This document shows positions 1 through 13,558 of a DNA stretch of 64,000 nt, piece by piece. The stretch's first letter is position 1. Every line of letters starts with the position of its first letter. The DNA is taken from positions 13,826,001 to 13,890,000 of the forward strand of contig CM022679.1 of NCBI GenBank assembly GCA_012295275.1. The letters are read 5' to 3'. A program made the position numbers and the translations under genes. This DNA is from Chrysomallon squamiferum (taxonomy: Eukaryota; Animalia; Mollusca). The notes beneath the pieces are model-generated. The model was not told where the DNA came from and searched no databases. It saw nothing but the letters and a program-made list of their open reading frames with translations.

Positions 1-557
1 TTTATTTATTTTTATTATTTTATTATTATTATTTTTTAATTTCTTTCGAAAATATACAAAACGTTATTTTCCCGTGTAATTATTTACCTTAGATATTCTC
101 ACAACGTTCAAATTTCGTAGACATATTATACAGACAGTATGCAGGTAATTAATTCTATACAATATTTTTAATAATTTATAGGTGACACTCGATTTCATAC
201 AGCAATAGAGTTAATACAAAAGTCTGAGAAATCGCGAATCTAAATATTAACGCTCAAATTTACCAAAACATTAAACTAGAGAACACATAACATCTATTTA
301 ATACGGTAATATAATAATCTAAGAACAGTATACAGAGAAAACCAAATTAAACAAATTTCATACGGTATATGTTAAGAAAAAGGAACAGAAGAAAAATGTA
401 GTCTAGGTTGGGTACAGTTATGGGTGAATTGTAATATTTATTGTTACCTTGATGCAAATTGGATTGAGAGAGGTCTGCAGCGATCGTATAGTTGAACACA
501 GAATAACTTAGTAGTATGTAGAGGCAAGGTTTCAAGCGGGAAGTTTTGTAAGACACG

Positions 558-605
<48 letters not shown>

Positions 606-2379
606 AAAAAAAAAGCAGTTTGACTTACTTGGTTGTGTACTTAATTGCTTTTCTGTAATTATTTCTTTTAGTGTTCACTTTCGACTCAAAGAATCAGTTA
701 AACTGAAGAGTATTCCGAGGAATATTTGAATATTTCCTCAACAGGAAGGTTTTCGAGACGGAAATTACGGTTGTTCAGAATTATCTGTCGTCGAAGGAGA
801 TATAAATAGTTCCGGAATTTCCAAGCCAGTTAGTGCGTCTGCAAATACAGATAACATTGATTTCACATATGTGCATTTTCTTATGATTTAAAATAAAAAT
901 AAAAATCAGTCCATACCGGAAATTATATATATATATAAAAAAAATAATAATAATAAATATTTTATTTTTTTTAATAGATGTTAATTATTATTATTATTAT
1001 TGCTATATTTTATTTACTTTTTTAATTATATATATATTATAAGTATTTCAAGATAATCACAAAGTACATAAAATAAAGACGTTATGAACCATTCAAAAAC
1101 CATTTTATTTTTATTTTTATTTATTCATTTTTTTATTATTTTTATTTTTATTTTACTTTTTTTTTTACCGTCTCTCACTGATTATAAAATACTGGCATAG
1201 AGATATTATTTTGAAAGATATTCTGTGCATGATCATAAGTAAATGGTGATTTTAGGTAAAAAAATTTAATGTAAATAAATAAAATATTGCAATAATAACA
1301 TTAATAATAATAAACATCTAAACAAATTTACAAAAGTTACATTAAAAAAAATAATAAAGAAATAAATAAGAAAGAAAGAAAGAATGAAAAGAAAGAAAAG
1401 AAAAGCCAGTCATTGCGTCTGCAAATACAGATAACATTGATTACACATATCTACATTTTCATATGATTTAATATAAAAAAATAAATAATAAAAAATAAAA
1501 AAATAAAACAAAATAAAAATAAAAATGTAGTCTAGGTTGGGTATAGTTATGAGTGAATTGTAAAATTTATTGTTACCTTCATGGAAATTGGATTGAGATA
1601 CGACTGCCGCAATCGTATAGTTGAACACAGAATAAGTTAATAGTACGTAGAGGCAAGGTTTCAAGCGGAAAATGACGTGTGTTCAGCTTTATTCAGACAA
1701 AATAATCACGTGTCGCGTAAGCGATATAAACAGTTCTATTTTCCAAATTAAAAGTAAATCCATACCGGAAATTGCACGTCTTTACTTTAGTCTATTTTTA
1801 TTTTTATTTATTTATTTATTTATTTATTTTTTATTATTTTATTATTATTATTTTTTAATTTCTTTCGAAAATATACAAAACGTTATTTTCCCGTGTAATT
1901 ATTTACCTTAGATATTCTCACAACGTTCAAATTTCGTAGACATATTATACAGACAGTATGCAGGTAATTAATTCTATACAATATTTTTAATAATTTATAG
2001 GTGACACTCGATTTCATACAGCAATAGAGTTAATACAAAAAGTCTGAGAAATCATGAATCTAAATATTAACGCTCAAATTTACCAAAACATTAAACTAGA
2101 GAACACATAACATCTATTTAATACGGTAATATAATAATCTAAGAACAGTATACAGAGAAAACCAAATTAAACAAATTTCATACGGTATATGTTAAGAAAA
2201 AGGAACAGAAGAAAAATGTAGTCTAGGTTGGGTACAGTTATGGGTGAATTGTAATATTTATTGTTACCTTGATGCAAATTGGATTGAGAGAGGTCTGCAG
2301 CGATCGTATAGTTGAACACAGAATAACTTAGTAGTATGTAGAGGCAAGGTTTCAAGCGGGAAGTTTTGTAAGACACACG

Positions 2380-2426
<47 letters not shown>

Positions 2427-4202
2427 AAAAAAAAGCAGTTTGACTTACTTGGTTGTGTACTTAATTGCTTTTCTGTAATTATTTCTTTTTTAGTGTTCAC
2501 TTTCGACTCAAAGAATCAGTTAAACTGAAGAGTATTCCGAGGAATATTTGAATATTTCCTCAACAGGAAGGTTTCGAGACGGAAATTACGGTTGTTCAGA
2601 ATTATCTGTCGTCGAAGGAGATATAAATAGTTCCGGAATTTCCAAGCCAGTTAGTGCGTCTGCAAATACAGATAACATTGATTTCACATATGTGCATTTT
2701 CTTATGATTTAAAATAAAAATAAAAATCAGTCCATACCGGAAATTATATATATATATAAAAAAATAATAATAATAAATATTATTTTTTTTTTTAATAGAT
2801 GTTAATTATTATTATTATTATTGCTATATTTTATTTACTTTTTTAATTATATATATATTATAAGTATTTCAAGATAATCACAAAGTACATAAAATAAAGA
2901 CGTTATGAACCATTCAAAAACCATTTTATTTTTATTTTTATTTATTCATTTTTTTATTATTTTTATTTTTATTTTACTTTTTTTTTTACCGTCTCTCACT
3001 GATTATAAAATACTGGCATAGAGATATTATTTTGAAAGATATTCTGTGCATGATCATAAGTAAATGGTGATTTTAGGTAAACAAATTTAATGTAAATAAA
3101 TAAAATATTGCAATAATAACATTAATAATAATAAACATCTAAACAAATTTACAAAAAGTTACATTAAAAAAATAATAAAGAAATAAATAAGAAAGAAAGA
3201 AAGAATGAAAGAGAAAGAAAAGAAAAGCCAGTCATTGCGTCTGCAAATACAGATAACATTGATTACACATATCTACATTTTCATATGATTTAATATAAAA
3301 AAATAAATAATAAAAAATAAAAAAATAAAACAAAATAAAAATAAAAATGTAGTCTAGGTTGGGTATAGTTATGAGTGAATTGTAAAATTTATTGTTACCT
3401 TCATGGAAATTGGATTGAGATACGACTGCCGCAATCGTATAGTTGAACACAGAATAAGTTAATAGTACGTAGAGGCAAGGTTTCAAGCGGGAAATGACGT
3501 GTGTTCAGCTTTATTCAGACAAAATAATCACGTGTCGCGTAAGCGATATAAACAGTTCTATTTTCCAAATTAAAAGTAAATCCATACCGGAAATTGCACG
3601 TCTTTACTTTAGTCTATTTTTTTTTTTTTTATTTATTTATTTATTTATTTATTTTTATTATTTTATTATTATTATTTTTTAATTTCTTTCGAAAATATAC
3701 AAAACGTTATTTTCCCGTGTAATTATTTACCTTAGATATTCTCACAACGTTCAAATTTCGTAGACATATTATACAGACAGTATGCAGGTAATTAATTCTA
3801 TACAATATTTTTAATAATTTATAGGTGACACTCGATTTCATACAGCAATAGAGTTAATACAAAAGTCTGAGAAATCATGAATCTAAATATTAACCCTCAA
3901 ATTTACCAAAACATTAAACTAGAGAACACATAACATCTATTTAATACGGTAATATAATAATCTAAGAACAGTATACAGAGAAAACCAAATTAAACAAATT
4001 TCATACGGTATATGTTAAGAAAAAGGAACAGAAGAAAAATGTAGTCTAGGTTGGGTACAGTTATGGGTGAATTGTAATATTTATTGTTACCTTGATGCAA
4101 ATTGGATTGAGAGAGGTCTGCAGCGATCGTATAGTTGAACACAGAATAACTTAGTAGTATGTAGAGGCAAGGTTTCAAGCGGGAAGTTTTGTAAGACACA
4201 CG

Positions 4203-4248
<46 letters not shown>

Positions 4249-6024
4249 AAAAAAAAAGCAGTTTGACTTACTTGGTTGTGTACTTAATTGCTTTTCTGTA
4301 ATTATTTCTTTTAGTGTTCACTTTCGACTCAAAGAATCAGTTAAACTGAAGAGTATTCCGAGGAATATTTGAATATTTCCTCAACAGGAAGGTTTCGAGA
4401 CGGAAATTACGGTTGTTCAGAATTATCTGTCGTCGAAGGAGATATAAATAGTTCCGGAATTTCCAAGCCAGTTAGTGCGTCTGCAAATACAGATAACATT
4501 GATTTCACATATGTGCATTTTCTTATGATTTAAAATAAAAATAAAAATCAGTCCATACCGGAAATTATATATATATATAAAAAAATAATAATAATAAATA
4601 TTTTTTTTTTTTTAATAGATGTTAATTATTATTATTATTATTGCTATATTTTATTTACTTTTTTAATTATATATATATTATAAGTATTTCAAGATAATCA
4701 CAAAGTACATAAAATAAAGACGTTATGAACCATTCAAAAACCATTTTATTTTTATTTTTATTTATTCATTTTTTTATTATTTTTATTTTTATTTTACTTT
4801 TTTTTTTTTTTTACCGTCTCTCACTGATTATAAAATACTGGCATAGAGATATTATTTTGAAAGATATTCTGTGCATGATCATAAGTAAATGGTGATTTTA
4901 GGTAAACAAATTTAATGTAAATAAATAAAATATTGCAATAATAACATTAATAATAATAAACATTTAAACAAATTTACAAAAAGTTACATTAAAAAAATAA
5001 TAAAGAAATAAATAAGAAAGAAAGAAAGAATGAAAGAGAAAGAAAAGAAAAGCCAGTCATTGCGTCTGCAAATACAGATAACATTGATTACACATATCTA
5101 CATTTTCATATGATTTAATATAAAAAAATAAATAATAAAAAATAAAAAAATAAAACAAAATAAAAATAAAAATGTAGTCTAGGTTGGGTATAGTTATGAG
5201 TGAATTGTAAAATTTATTGTTACCTTCATGGAAATTGGATTGAGATACGACTGCCGCAATCGTATAGTTGAACACAGAATAAGTTAATAGTACGTAGAGG
5301 CAAGGTTTCAAGCGGGAAATGACGTGTGTTCAGCTTTATTCAGACAAAATAATCACGTGTCGCGTAAGCGATATAAACAGTTCTATTTTCCAAATTAAAA
5401 GTAAATCCATACCGGAAATTGCACGTCTTTACTTTAGTCTATTTTTATTTTTATTTATTTATTTATTTATTTATTTTTATTATTTTATTATTATTATTTT
5501 TTAATTTCTTTCGAAAATATACAAAACGTTATTTTCCCGTGTAATTATTTACCTTAGATATTCTCACAACGTTCAAATTTCGTAGACATATTATACAGAC
5601 AGTATGCAGGTAATTAATTCTATACAATATTTTTAATAATTTATAGGTGACACTCGATTTCATACAGCAATAGAGTTAATACAAAAGTCTGAGAAATCAT
5701 GAATCTAAATATTAACCCTCAAATTTACCAAAACATTAAACTAGAGAACACATAACATCTATTTAATACGGTAATATAATAATCTAAGAACAGTATACAG
5801 AGAAAACCAAATTAAACAAATTTCATACGGTATATGTTAAGAAAAAGGAACAGAAGAAAAATGTAGTCTAGGTTGGGTACAGTTATGGGTGAATTGTAAT
5901 ATTTATTGTTACCTTGATGCAAATTGGATTGAGAGAGGTCTGCAGCGATCGTATAGTTGAACACAGAATAACTTAGTAGTATGTAGAGGCAAGGTTTCAA
6001 GCGGGAAGTTTTGTAAGACACACG

Positions 6025-6066
<42 letters not shown>

Positions 6067-7836
6067 AAAAAAAAAGCAGTTTGACTTACTTGGTTGTGTA
6101 CTTAATTGCTTTTCTGTAATTATTTCTTTTAGTGTTCACTTTCGACTCAAAGAATCAGTTAAACTGAAGAGTATTCCGAGGAATATTTGAATATTTCCTC
6201 AACAGGAAGGTTTCGAGACGGAAATTACGGTTGTTCAGAATTATCTGTCGTCGAAGGAGATATAAATAGTTCCGGAATTTCCAAGCCAGTTAGTGCGTCT
6301 GCAAATACAGATAACATTGATTTCACATATGTGCATTTTCTTATGATTTAAAATAAAAATAAAAATCAGTCCATACCGGAAATTATATATATATATAAAA
6401 AAATAATAATAATAAATATTTTTTTTTTTTAATAGATGTTAATTATTATTATTATTATTGCTATATTTTATTTACTTTTTTAATTATATATATATTATAA
6501 GTATTTCAAGATAATCACAAAGTACATAAAATAAAGACGTTATGAACCATTCAAAAACCATTTTATTTTTATTTTTATTTATTCATTTTTTTATTATTTT
6601 TATTTTTATTTTTTTTTTTTTTTACCGTCTCTCACTGATTATAAAATACTGGCATAGAGATATTATTTTGAAAGATATTCTGTGCATGATCATAAGTAAA
6701 TGGTGATTTTAGGTAAACAAATTTAATGTAAATAAATAAAATATTGCAATAATAACATTAATAATAATAAACATCTAAACAAATTTACAAAAAGTTACAT
6801 TAAAAAAATAATAAAGAAATAAATAAGAAAGAAAGAAAGAATGAAAGAGAAAGAAAAGAAAAGCCAGTCATTGCGTCTGCAAATACAGATAACATTGATT
6901 ACACATATCTACATTTTCATATGATTTAATATAAAAAAATAAATAATAAAAAATAAAAAAATAAAACAAAATAAAAATAAAAATGTAGTCTAGGTTGGGT
7001 ATAGTTATGAGTGAATTGTAAAATTTATTGTTACCTTCATGGAAATTGGATTGAGATACGACTGCCGCAATCGTATAGTTGAACACAGAATAAGTTAATA
7101 GTACGTAGAGGCAAGGTTTCAAGCGGGAAATGACGTGTGTTCAGCTTTATTCAGACAAAATAATCACGTGTCGCGTAAGCGATATAAACAGTTCTATTTT
7201 CCAAATTAAAAGTAAATCCATACCGGAAATTGCACGTCTTTACTTTAGTCTATTTTTATTTTTATTTATTTATTTATTTATTTATTTTTTATTATTTTAT
7301 TATTATTATTTTTTAATTTCTTTCGAAAATATACAAAACGTTATTTTCCCGTGTAATTATTTACCTTAGATATTCTCACAACGTTCAAATTTCGTAGACA
7401 TATTATACAGACAGTATGCAGGTAATTAATTCTATACAATATTTTTAATAATTTATAGGTGACACTCGATTTCATACAGCAATAGAGTTAATACAAAAGT
7501 CTGAGAAATCGCGAATCTAAATATTAACCCTCAAATTTACCAAAACATTAAACTAGAGAACACATAACATCTATTTAATACGGTAATATAATAATCTAAG
7601 AACAGTATACAGAGAAAACCAAATTAAACAAATTTCATACGGTATATGTTAAGAAAAAGGAACAGAAGAAAAATGTAGTCTAGGTTGGGTACAGTTATGG
7701 GTGAATTGTAATATTTATTGTTACCTTGATGCAAATTGGATTGAGAGAGGTCTGCAGCGATCGTATAGTTGAACACAGAATAACTTAGTAGTATGTAGAG
7801 GCAAGGTTTCAAGCGGGAAGTTTTGTAAGACACACG

Positions 7837-7880
<44 letters not shown>

Positions 7881-9710
7881 AAAAAAAAAAAGCAATTTGA
7901 CTTACTTGGTTGTGTACTTAATTGCTTTTCTGTAATTATTTCTTTTAGTGTTCACTTTCGACTCAAAGAATCAGTTAAACTGAAGGGTATTCCGAGGAAT
8001 ATTTGAATATTTCCTCAACAGGAAGGTTTCGAGACGGAAATTACGGCTTGTTCAGAATGATCTGTCGTCCAAGGAGATATAAATAGTTCCGGAATTTCCA
8101 AGCCAGTTAGTGCGTCTGCAAATACAGATAACATTGATTTCACATATGTGCATTTTCTTATGATTTAAAATAAAAATAAAAATCAGTCCATACCGGAAAT
8201 TATATATATATGTAAAAAAATAATAATAATAAATATTTTTGTTTTTTTAATAGATGTTAATTATTATTATTATTATTGCTATATTTTATTTACTTTTTTA
8301 ATTATATATATATTATAAGTATTTCAAGATAATCACAAAGTACATAAAATAAAGACGTTATGAACCATTCAAAAACCATTTTATTTTTATTTTTATTTAT
8401 TCATTTTTTTATTATTTTTATTTTACTTTTTTTTTTACCGTCTCTCACTGATTATAAAATACTGGCATAGAGATATTATTTTGAAAGATATTCTGTGCAT
8501 GATCATAAGTAAATGGTGATTTTAGGTAAACAAATTTAATGTAAATAAATAAAATATTGCAATAATAACATTAATAATAATAAACATCTAAACAAATTTA
8601 CAAAAAGTTACATTAAAAAAATAATAAAGAAATAAATAAGAAAGAAAGAAAGAATGAAAGAGAAAGAAAAGAAAAGCCAGTCATTGCGTCTGCAAATACA
8701 GATAACATTGATTACACATATCTACATTTTCATATGATTTAATATAAAAAAATAAATAATAAAAAATAAAAAAATAAAACAAAATAAAAAATAAAAATGT
8801 AGTCTAGGTTGGGTATAGTTATGAGTGAATTGTAAAATTTATTGTTACCTTCATGGAAATTGGATTGAGATACGACTGCCGCAATCGTATAGTTGAACAC
8901 AGAATAACTTAATAGTACGTAGAGGCAAGGTTTCAAGCGGGAAATGACGTGTGCTCAGCTTTATTCAGACAAAATAATCACGTGTCGCGTAAGCGATATA
9001 AACAGTTCTATTTTCCAAATTAAAAGTAAATCCATACCGGAAATTGCACGTCTTTACTTTAGTCTATTTTTATTTTTATTTATTTATTTATTTATTTATT
9101 TTTTATTATTTTATTATTATTATTTTTTAATTTCTTTCGAAAATATACAAAACGTTATTTTCCCGTGTAATTATTTACCTTAGATATTCTCACAACGTTC
9201 AAATTTCGTAGACATATTATACAGACAGTATGCAGGTAATTAATTCTATACAATATTTTTAATAATTTATAGGTGACACTCGATTTCATACAGCAATAGA
9301 GTTAATGCAAAAGTCTGAGAAATCGCGAATCTAAATATTAACCCTCAAATTTACCAAAACGTTAAACTTTAGAACACATAACATTTATTTAATACGGTAA
9401 TATAATAATCTGAGAACAGCATACAGAAAAAAACAAATTAAACAAATTTCATACGGTATATGTCAAGAAAAAGGAACGGAAGACAAATGTAGACTACGTT
9501 GGCTATAGTAATGATTGAATTGTAAAATGTACTCTTACCTTGATGGAAATTGGATCGAGATAGGACTGCCGCCTTCGTATAGTTGAACATAGAATAAGTT
9601 AATAGTACGTAGAGGCAAGATTTCAAGCGGAAAGTTTTGTAACATGCACACACACGCACACACACATACACACGAAAAAAAAAAGCAATTTGACTTACTT
9701 GGATGTGTAC
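1..9710. repeat. Tandem array of ~1.82-kb units (about 5.3 copies visible, continues beyond the left edge)
   Basis: The marker ATGACGTGTG(T/C)TCAGC recurs at 1672, 3494, 5319, 7130 and 8944 (periods 1822, 1825, 1811, 1814). Units differ mainly in homopolymer and (CA)n length plus a few SNPs. The last partial unit (~9300-9710) is more diverged. Confidence 0.98.
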
Positions 9711-9759
9711 TTTTAAAACAATTTAGAGGACGAAAATAAAAATATTGCAATAATAGCAA

Positions 9760-10160
9760 TAATAATAACAAACAAAAAAAAAAAAAAAAAAAAAATTACA
9801 ATAGTAAAAATGAATAAACAAAAAAATACATAAATAAATAAAAGGAAATAAATAAAATTAAATAAATATAAAATAAAATAAAAAATGAAATAAAATTAAT
9901 AAATTTAAAAAAAAATAAAATTGATAAATTTAAATAACAATGAAATAAATATAAAATAAAATAAAGTTTAAAAAAATATTTTTTTCTAAATACAATATAA
10001 TTAAATTAAATTAATTAAATAAATAAATTAAATAAATATAAAAACGATTTGAAATAAAATAAAATAAAATGAATGAATGATTGAATGAATAATGAAATCA
10101 AATCAAATCAAATAAATATAAAATAAAATTAAATAAATTAAAAAAAAATTAAATTAAATT
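9760..10160. repeat. A-rich low-complexity tract (AAAT/AAAAT)
   Basis: Read directly; almost no C or G. Confidence 0.85.
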
Positions 10161-10180
10161 AAAAGTTGGATTTTTCTTAC

Positions 10181-11406
10181 TTTTACAAATTCCATTACCA
10201 TTTATGAATACAGCCTTTCAGCGTTTAACCCTTCTTTATCTACGGCTGGAACCACTGTTTTCAGTTCATTTGGAAGACCTGATCCATTTGGAATATGTTT
10301 GTTCTTATTACGTATGGTAATCACTATATCATCATCATCAACAGCAATGGTCTGGTCAGCAGTGTTTCTGTTTCTGTTTCTGTTTCTGGAATTCTGTCCA
10401 ACAGGATGATCTTCATCTGTTTCACTTATTTCCTGACACGACACACTTCCAGAACTTCTTCTGTAGTGTTTTCTATTAGCATCAACATCCTCTCCTTCTT
10501 TTCCATCACTGCTGCAGTGGATATTCCCGTTGGGAACTGCCTGACACAAAGTTGTTGTATCTGTGTCCCCAGCTCCATCTCCTGCCTCTCTCTGTGATTC
10601 AGCACACACGTTTTGCAACACCATCTTGTTCCCTAGAAATATTAAAACTTAATACAGTCCTATCTTTTATTAGTCATTTGTGTAACTCCATGAGAAAAAT
10701 TATATAAACAAAAAAGCAAACAAACAAATGATAAATACAATAATAAAAAAGAAAATGAAATAAACATTGTTAGAAATATAAAAATATACCACTCAGAAAT
10801 TACTGTTTTAGTGTACAACTCATACAAATTAACAGTAGTGATCTTCAGTCTGACCATAATGTAGGTCTCTACTTTGGCAGTATGATCAAATGGCAAAAAC
10901 ACTTTCAGTGTATCTCCTAATTTTTTTTTATTATTATCATTATTTTTATATATATATAAATATCAGCTAATGTTCGCTAATGATAAAGCATGACAGTAAA
11001 AATATACTATCACGAAACTGGATGAGTATTGTAATTTCCCCCCTTTATTTGCATCAATGATCATGATGTGTTGTCACACAAACTATAGCTATCAGTCTAC
11101 CATGTAGGCCTGTTCATTGTCGTTACTGCTTCACTGACGAATGGGGGAAAATGGCGGCGATACAATATTTTGAAACAGTATTATTTTATTACTATAGTTC
11201 ATTTTATTTATTTATTTATTTATTGAACAACGGTATTTCTTGTCCGTGACAAACAAAATAGTAATATAAGTGTAAAGAATTTTATCTCACTATTTATCAG
11301 ACTAGAGGTCTCTTATTTCATATAATGACATACGGAGTCCCATCACTGTGCCCACAGTTTGACAGGACAGAAATCTGCAACAGAATATGTTGATTCCGTC
11401 TCCCAT
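10181..11406 (-). pseudogene. 5' part of an unidentified protein-coding gene (2 exons), apparently frameshifted/truncated
   Basis: Exon 1 is 11406-11334: context CAAAATGG, MGDGINIFCCRFLSCQTVGTVMGL, phase-1 donor C|GTATGT. Exon 2 is 10632-10181: acceptor TTTCTAG|GG, in frame as R-N-K-MVLQNVCAESQ..., donor A|GTAAGA. An in-frame TAA at 10204-10202 lies just before the donor. No family recognised. A functional gene with a sequencing error is not excluded. Confidence 0.55.
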
Positions 11407-11419
11407 TTTGTTGGACACA

Positions 11420-12072
11420 AGTCTGGAAAATACAAAAGTCAGGGAAATCGCGAGTCTAAATATTAACCCTCAAATTTACAAAAACATTAAACTTTAGTAG
11501 ACATAAAACCTACATAATACAGTAAAACAATAATGTAAGAACAATATACTGACAAAAACAAATTAAACAAATTTCATACGGTATATGTTAAGAAAAAGGA
11601 ACAGTAGAAAATGTAGAGTACGTTGGCTATTGTTATGGGTGAATTGTAAAATGTATTGTTACCTTGATGGAAATTGGATTGAGATAGCACTGCCGCGATC
11701 GTATAATTGAACACAGAATAACTTAATAGTACGTAGAGGCAAGGTTTCAAGCGGGAAATGACGTGTGGTCAGCTTTATTCAGACAAAATAATCAAATGTC
11801 GGTTAAAATCAACGCAGAATTTTTAAATTTTTTACCTAGATTATTAAGGTTTCAAATAGAAATGACAGATTATTATTTATTTAAATTTACATTCTTTTTT
11901 ATGTATATATAAATAGTTCGGAATTTCCAAGTTAAAAATAAATCCATGTCGCAAACTATAATTTTTATTCTTTATTCTTTATTTTATTATTATTTTTATT
12001 TTAAATAGATGTTAATTATTATTATTGTTGTTGTTTTTACATTTTATTTATTTATTTATATTACTTTTTTTA

Positions 12073-12115
<43 letters not shown>

Positions 12116-12233
12116 ATTATTATTGCTATATTTTATTTATTTATTTATTTATTACTTTTTTAATTACAGAAAATAGATTTAAATACAGGTAAATTATCAA
12201 TTTATTATTTATGGGGTTTTTTTTTCTTCTAAA

Positions 12234-12288
<55 letters not shown>

Positions 12289-12800
12289 AAAAAAGGTAAT
12301 TTCACCTACTTAGATGTGTACGTAATTGCTTTTCTGTAATTATTTCCTTTAGTGTTCACATTCGACTCAAAGAATCAGTTAAACTGAAAAGTATTCCGAG
12401 CAGTACTTGAACACACCCTCTACGGTGTCGCGATATAAATAGTTCCACGTTAAAAATAAATCCACACCGGAAATTATTTTTATTATTATTATTCATTTTT
12501 TAAATAGATGTTAATTATTATTATTATTGCTATTATAGCTATATTTTATGTATTTATTTATATTACTCTTTTATATTACTTTTTAAATTATATATATATA
12601 TATTATAAGTATTTCAAGTTAATCGCAAAATACACAAAATAAAGACATTACGGACCATTAAAAAAGCTTTTTTTTTTTTTTTTTTACCGTTTCTCGTTAA
12701 TTATAAAATAACGGCATCGAGATATTACTTTGTAAGATATTCAGTGCAGGAACATAAGAAAAGAAACGATTGTTTCAAGCGGGAATTGTTAAATTAAAAT
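11420..12800 (-). promoter_or_regulatory. Promoter-like upstream region of the unidentified gene; diverged template of the tandem-array unit
   Basis: 11420-11795 aligns by eye with unit positions ~220-545 and 1672-1710; 12235-12760 aligns with ~560-1240. Contains TCGCGA (~11448), E2F-like GCGGGAA (11751 and 12779), TGACGTG (11759) and ETS-like CCGGAA (12467). Confidence 0.6.
12235..12285. repeat. (CA)n microsatellite
   Basis: Read directly; homologous to the (CA)n tract in each array unit (e.g. 562-600). Confidence 0.95.
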
Positions 12801-13107
12801 CAAAATGTGGATAAATAGATAAATAAATGATATATTGAAATAATAGCTGTAATAATAATAAATATTCAAAAAATAAAATTACAGAAAGTTACAATAAAAA
12901 AATAAAACACAGCAACAAAAACAACAACAACAACAAAGAAGAAGAAGAAGAAGAAGAAGAAGAAGAAAAAAGAAAGAAAGAAAGAAAAGCTTGCGCAAAT
13001 ACAACTTCGGGAGAGATAACATTTTCATGTAATTTAAAAATAAAATAAAATAAAATAAAATCAAAAAAATAAAAATCATGTAATTGAATGAAAATATGAC
13101 TGCTCCT

Positions 13108-13166
13108 CTTGACAAGACAGAAATCTGGAACAAAATACGCTGATTCAGTCTCCCATTTTGTTGGAC
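13108..13166 (-). pseudogene. Degenerate duplicate of exon 1 of the unidentified gene
   Basis: CCAACAAAATGGGAGACTGAATCAGCGTATTTTGTTCCAGATTTCTGTCTTGTCAA matches 11416-11358, but codon 4 GGA is TGA and the donor end is missing. Confidence 0.75.
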
Positions 13167-13479
13167 TGTAAAAAATGTTGGTCTTTTGGGAAATAAGCTA
13201 TACTGCAAGTCCCGTATTGTTTTATCATTTGCTATCCTTGACTACTTATATGTAATGTAGGTAACAGTAGGTGCAGGCACAGTAGAAACAAAGAAACAAT
13301 AGTACACTATTAAAGATCAAGATAAGCGACCAGTTTATTTATTATCTTCAGTACAATTTATATTTCTAAAATACACTTTTTATTTATTTATTTATTTATT
13401 ATTATTTTATTTATTATTTATATTATTTTTTTCTTTTAAAAATATAGAAAATGTTACAAATATATGATAACTTGATATA

Positions 13480-13510
<31 letters not shown>

Positions 13511-13511
13511 A

Positions 13512-13558
<47 letters not shown>

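Noticed and set aside
390-545. Array module as an snRNA, SL RNA, 5S or tRNA gene
   Set aside because: No match by eye to U1/U2/U4/U5/U6 or 5S sequences or to tRNA A/B boxes. An Rfam scan is needed to exclude this fully.
347-9771. Recurrent 60-86 aa ORFs in the array (CVCVCV..., MKPCLY..., MTCVQL...)
   Set aside because: They are built from (CA)n and T-rich tracts, their frames shift between near-identical units, many start at non-ATG codons, and no domain is recognisable.
10295-10597. 100-aa + strand ORF
   Set aside because: Antisense shadow of the minus-strand exon.
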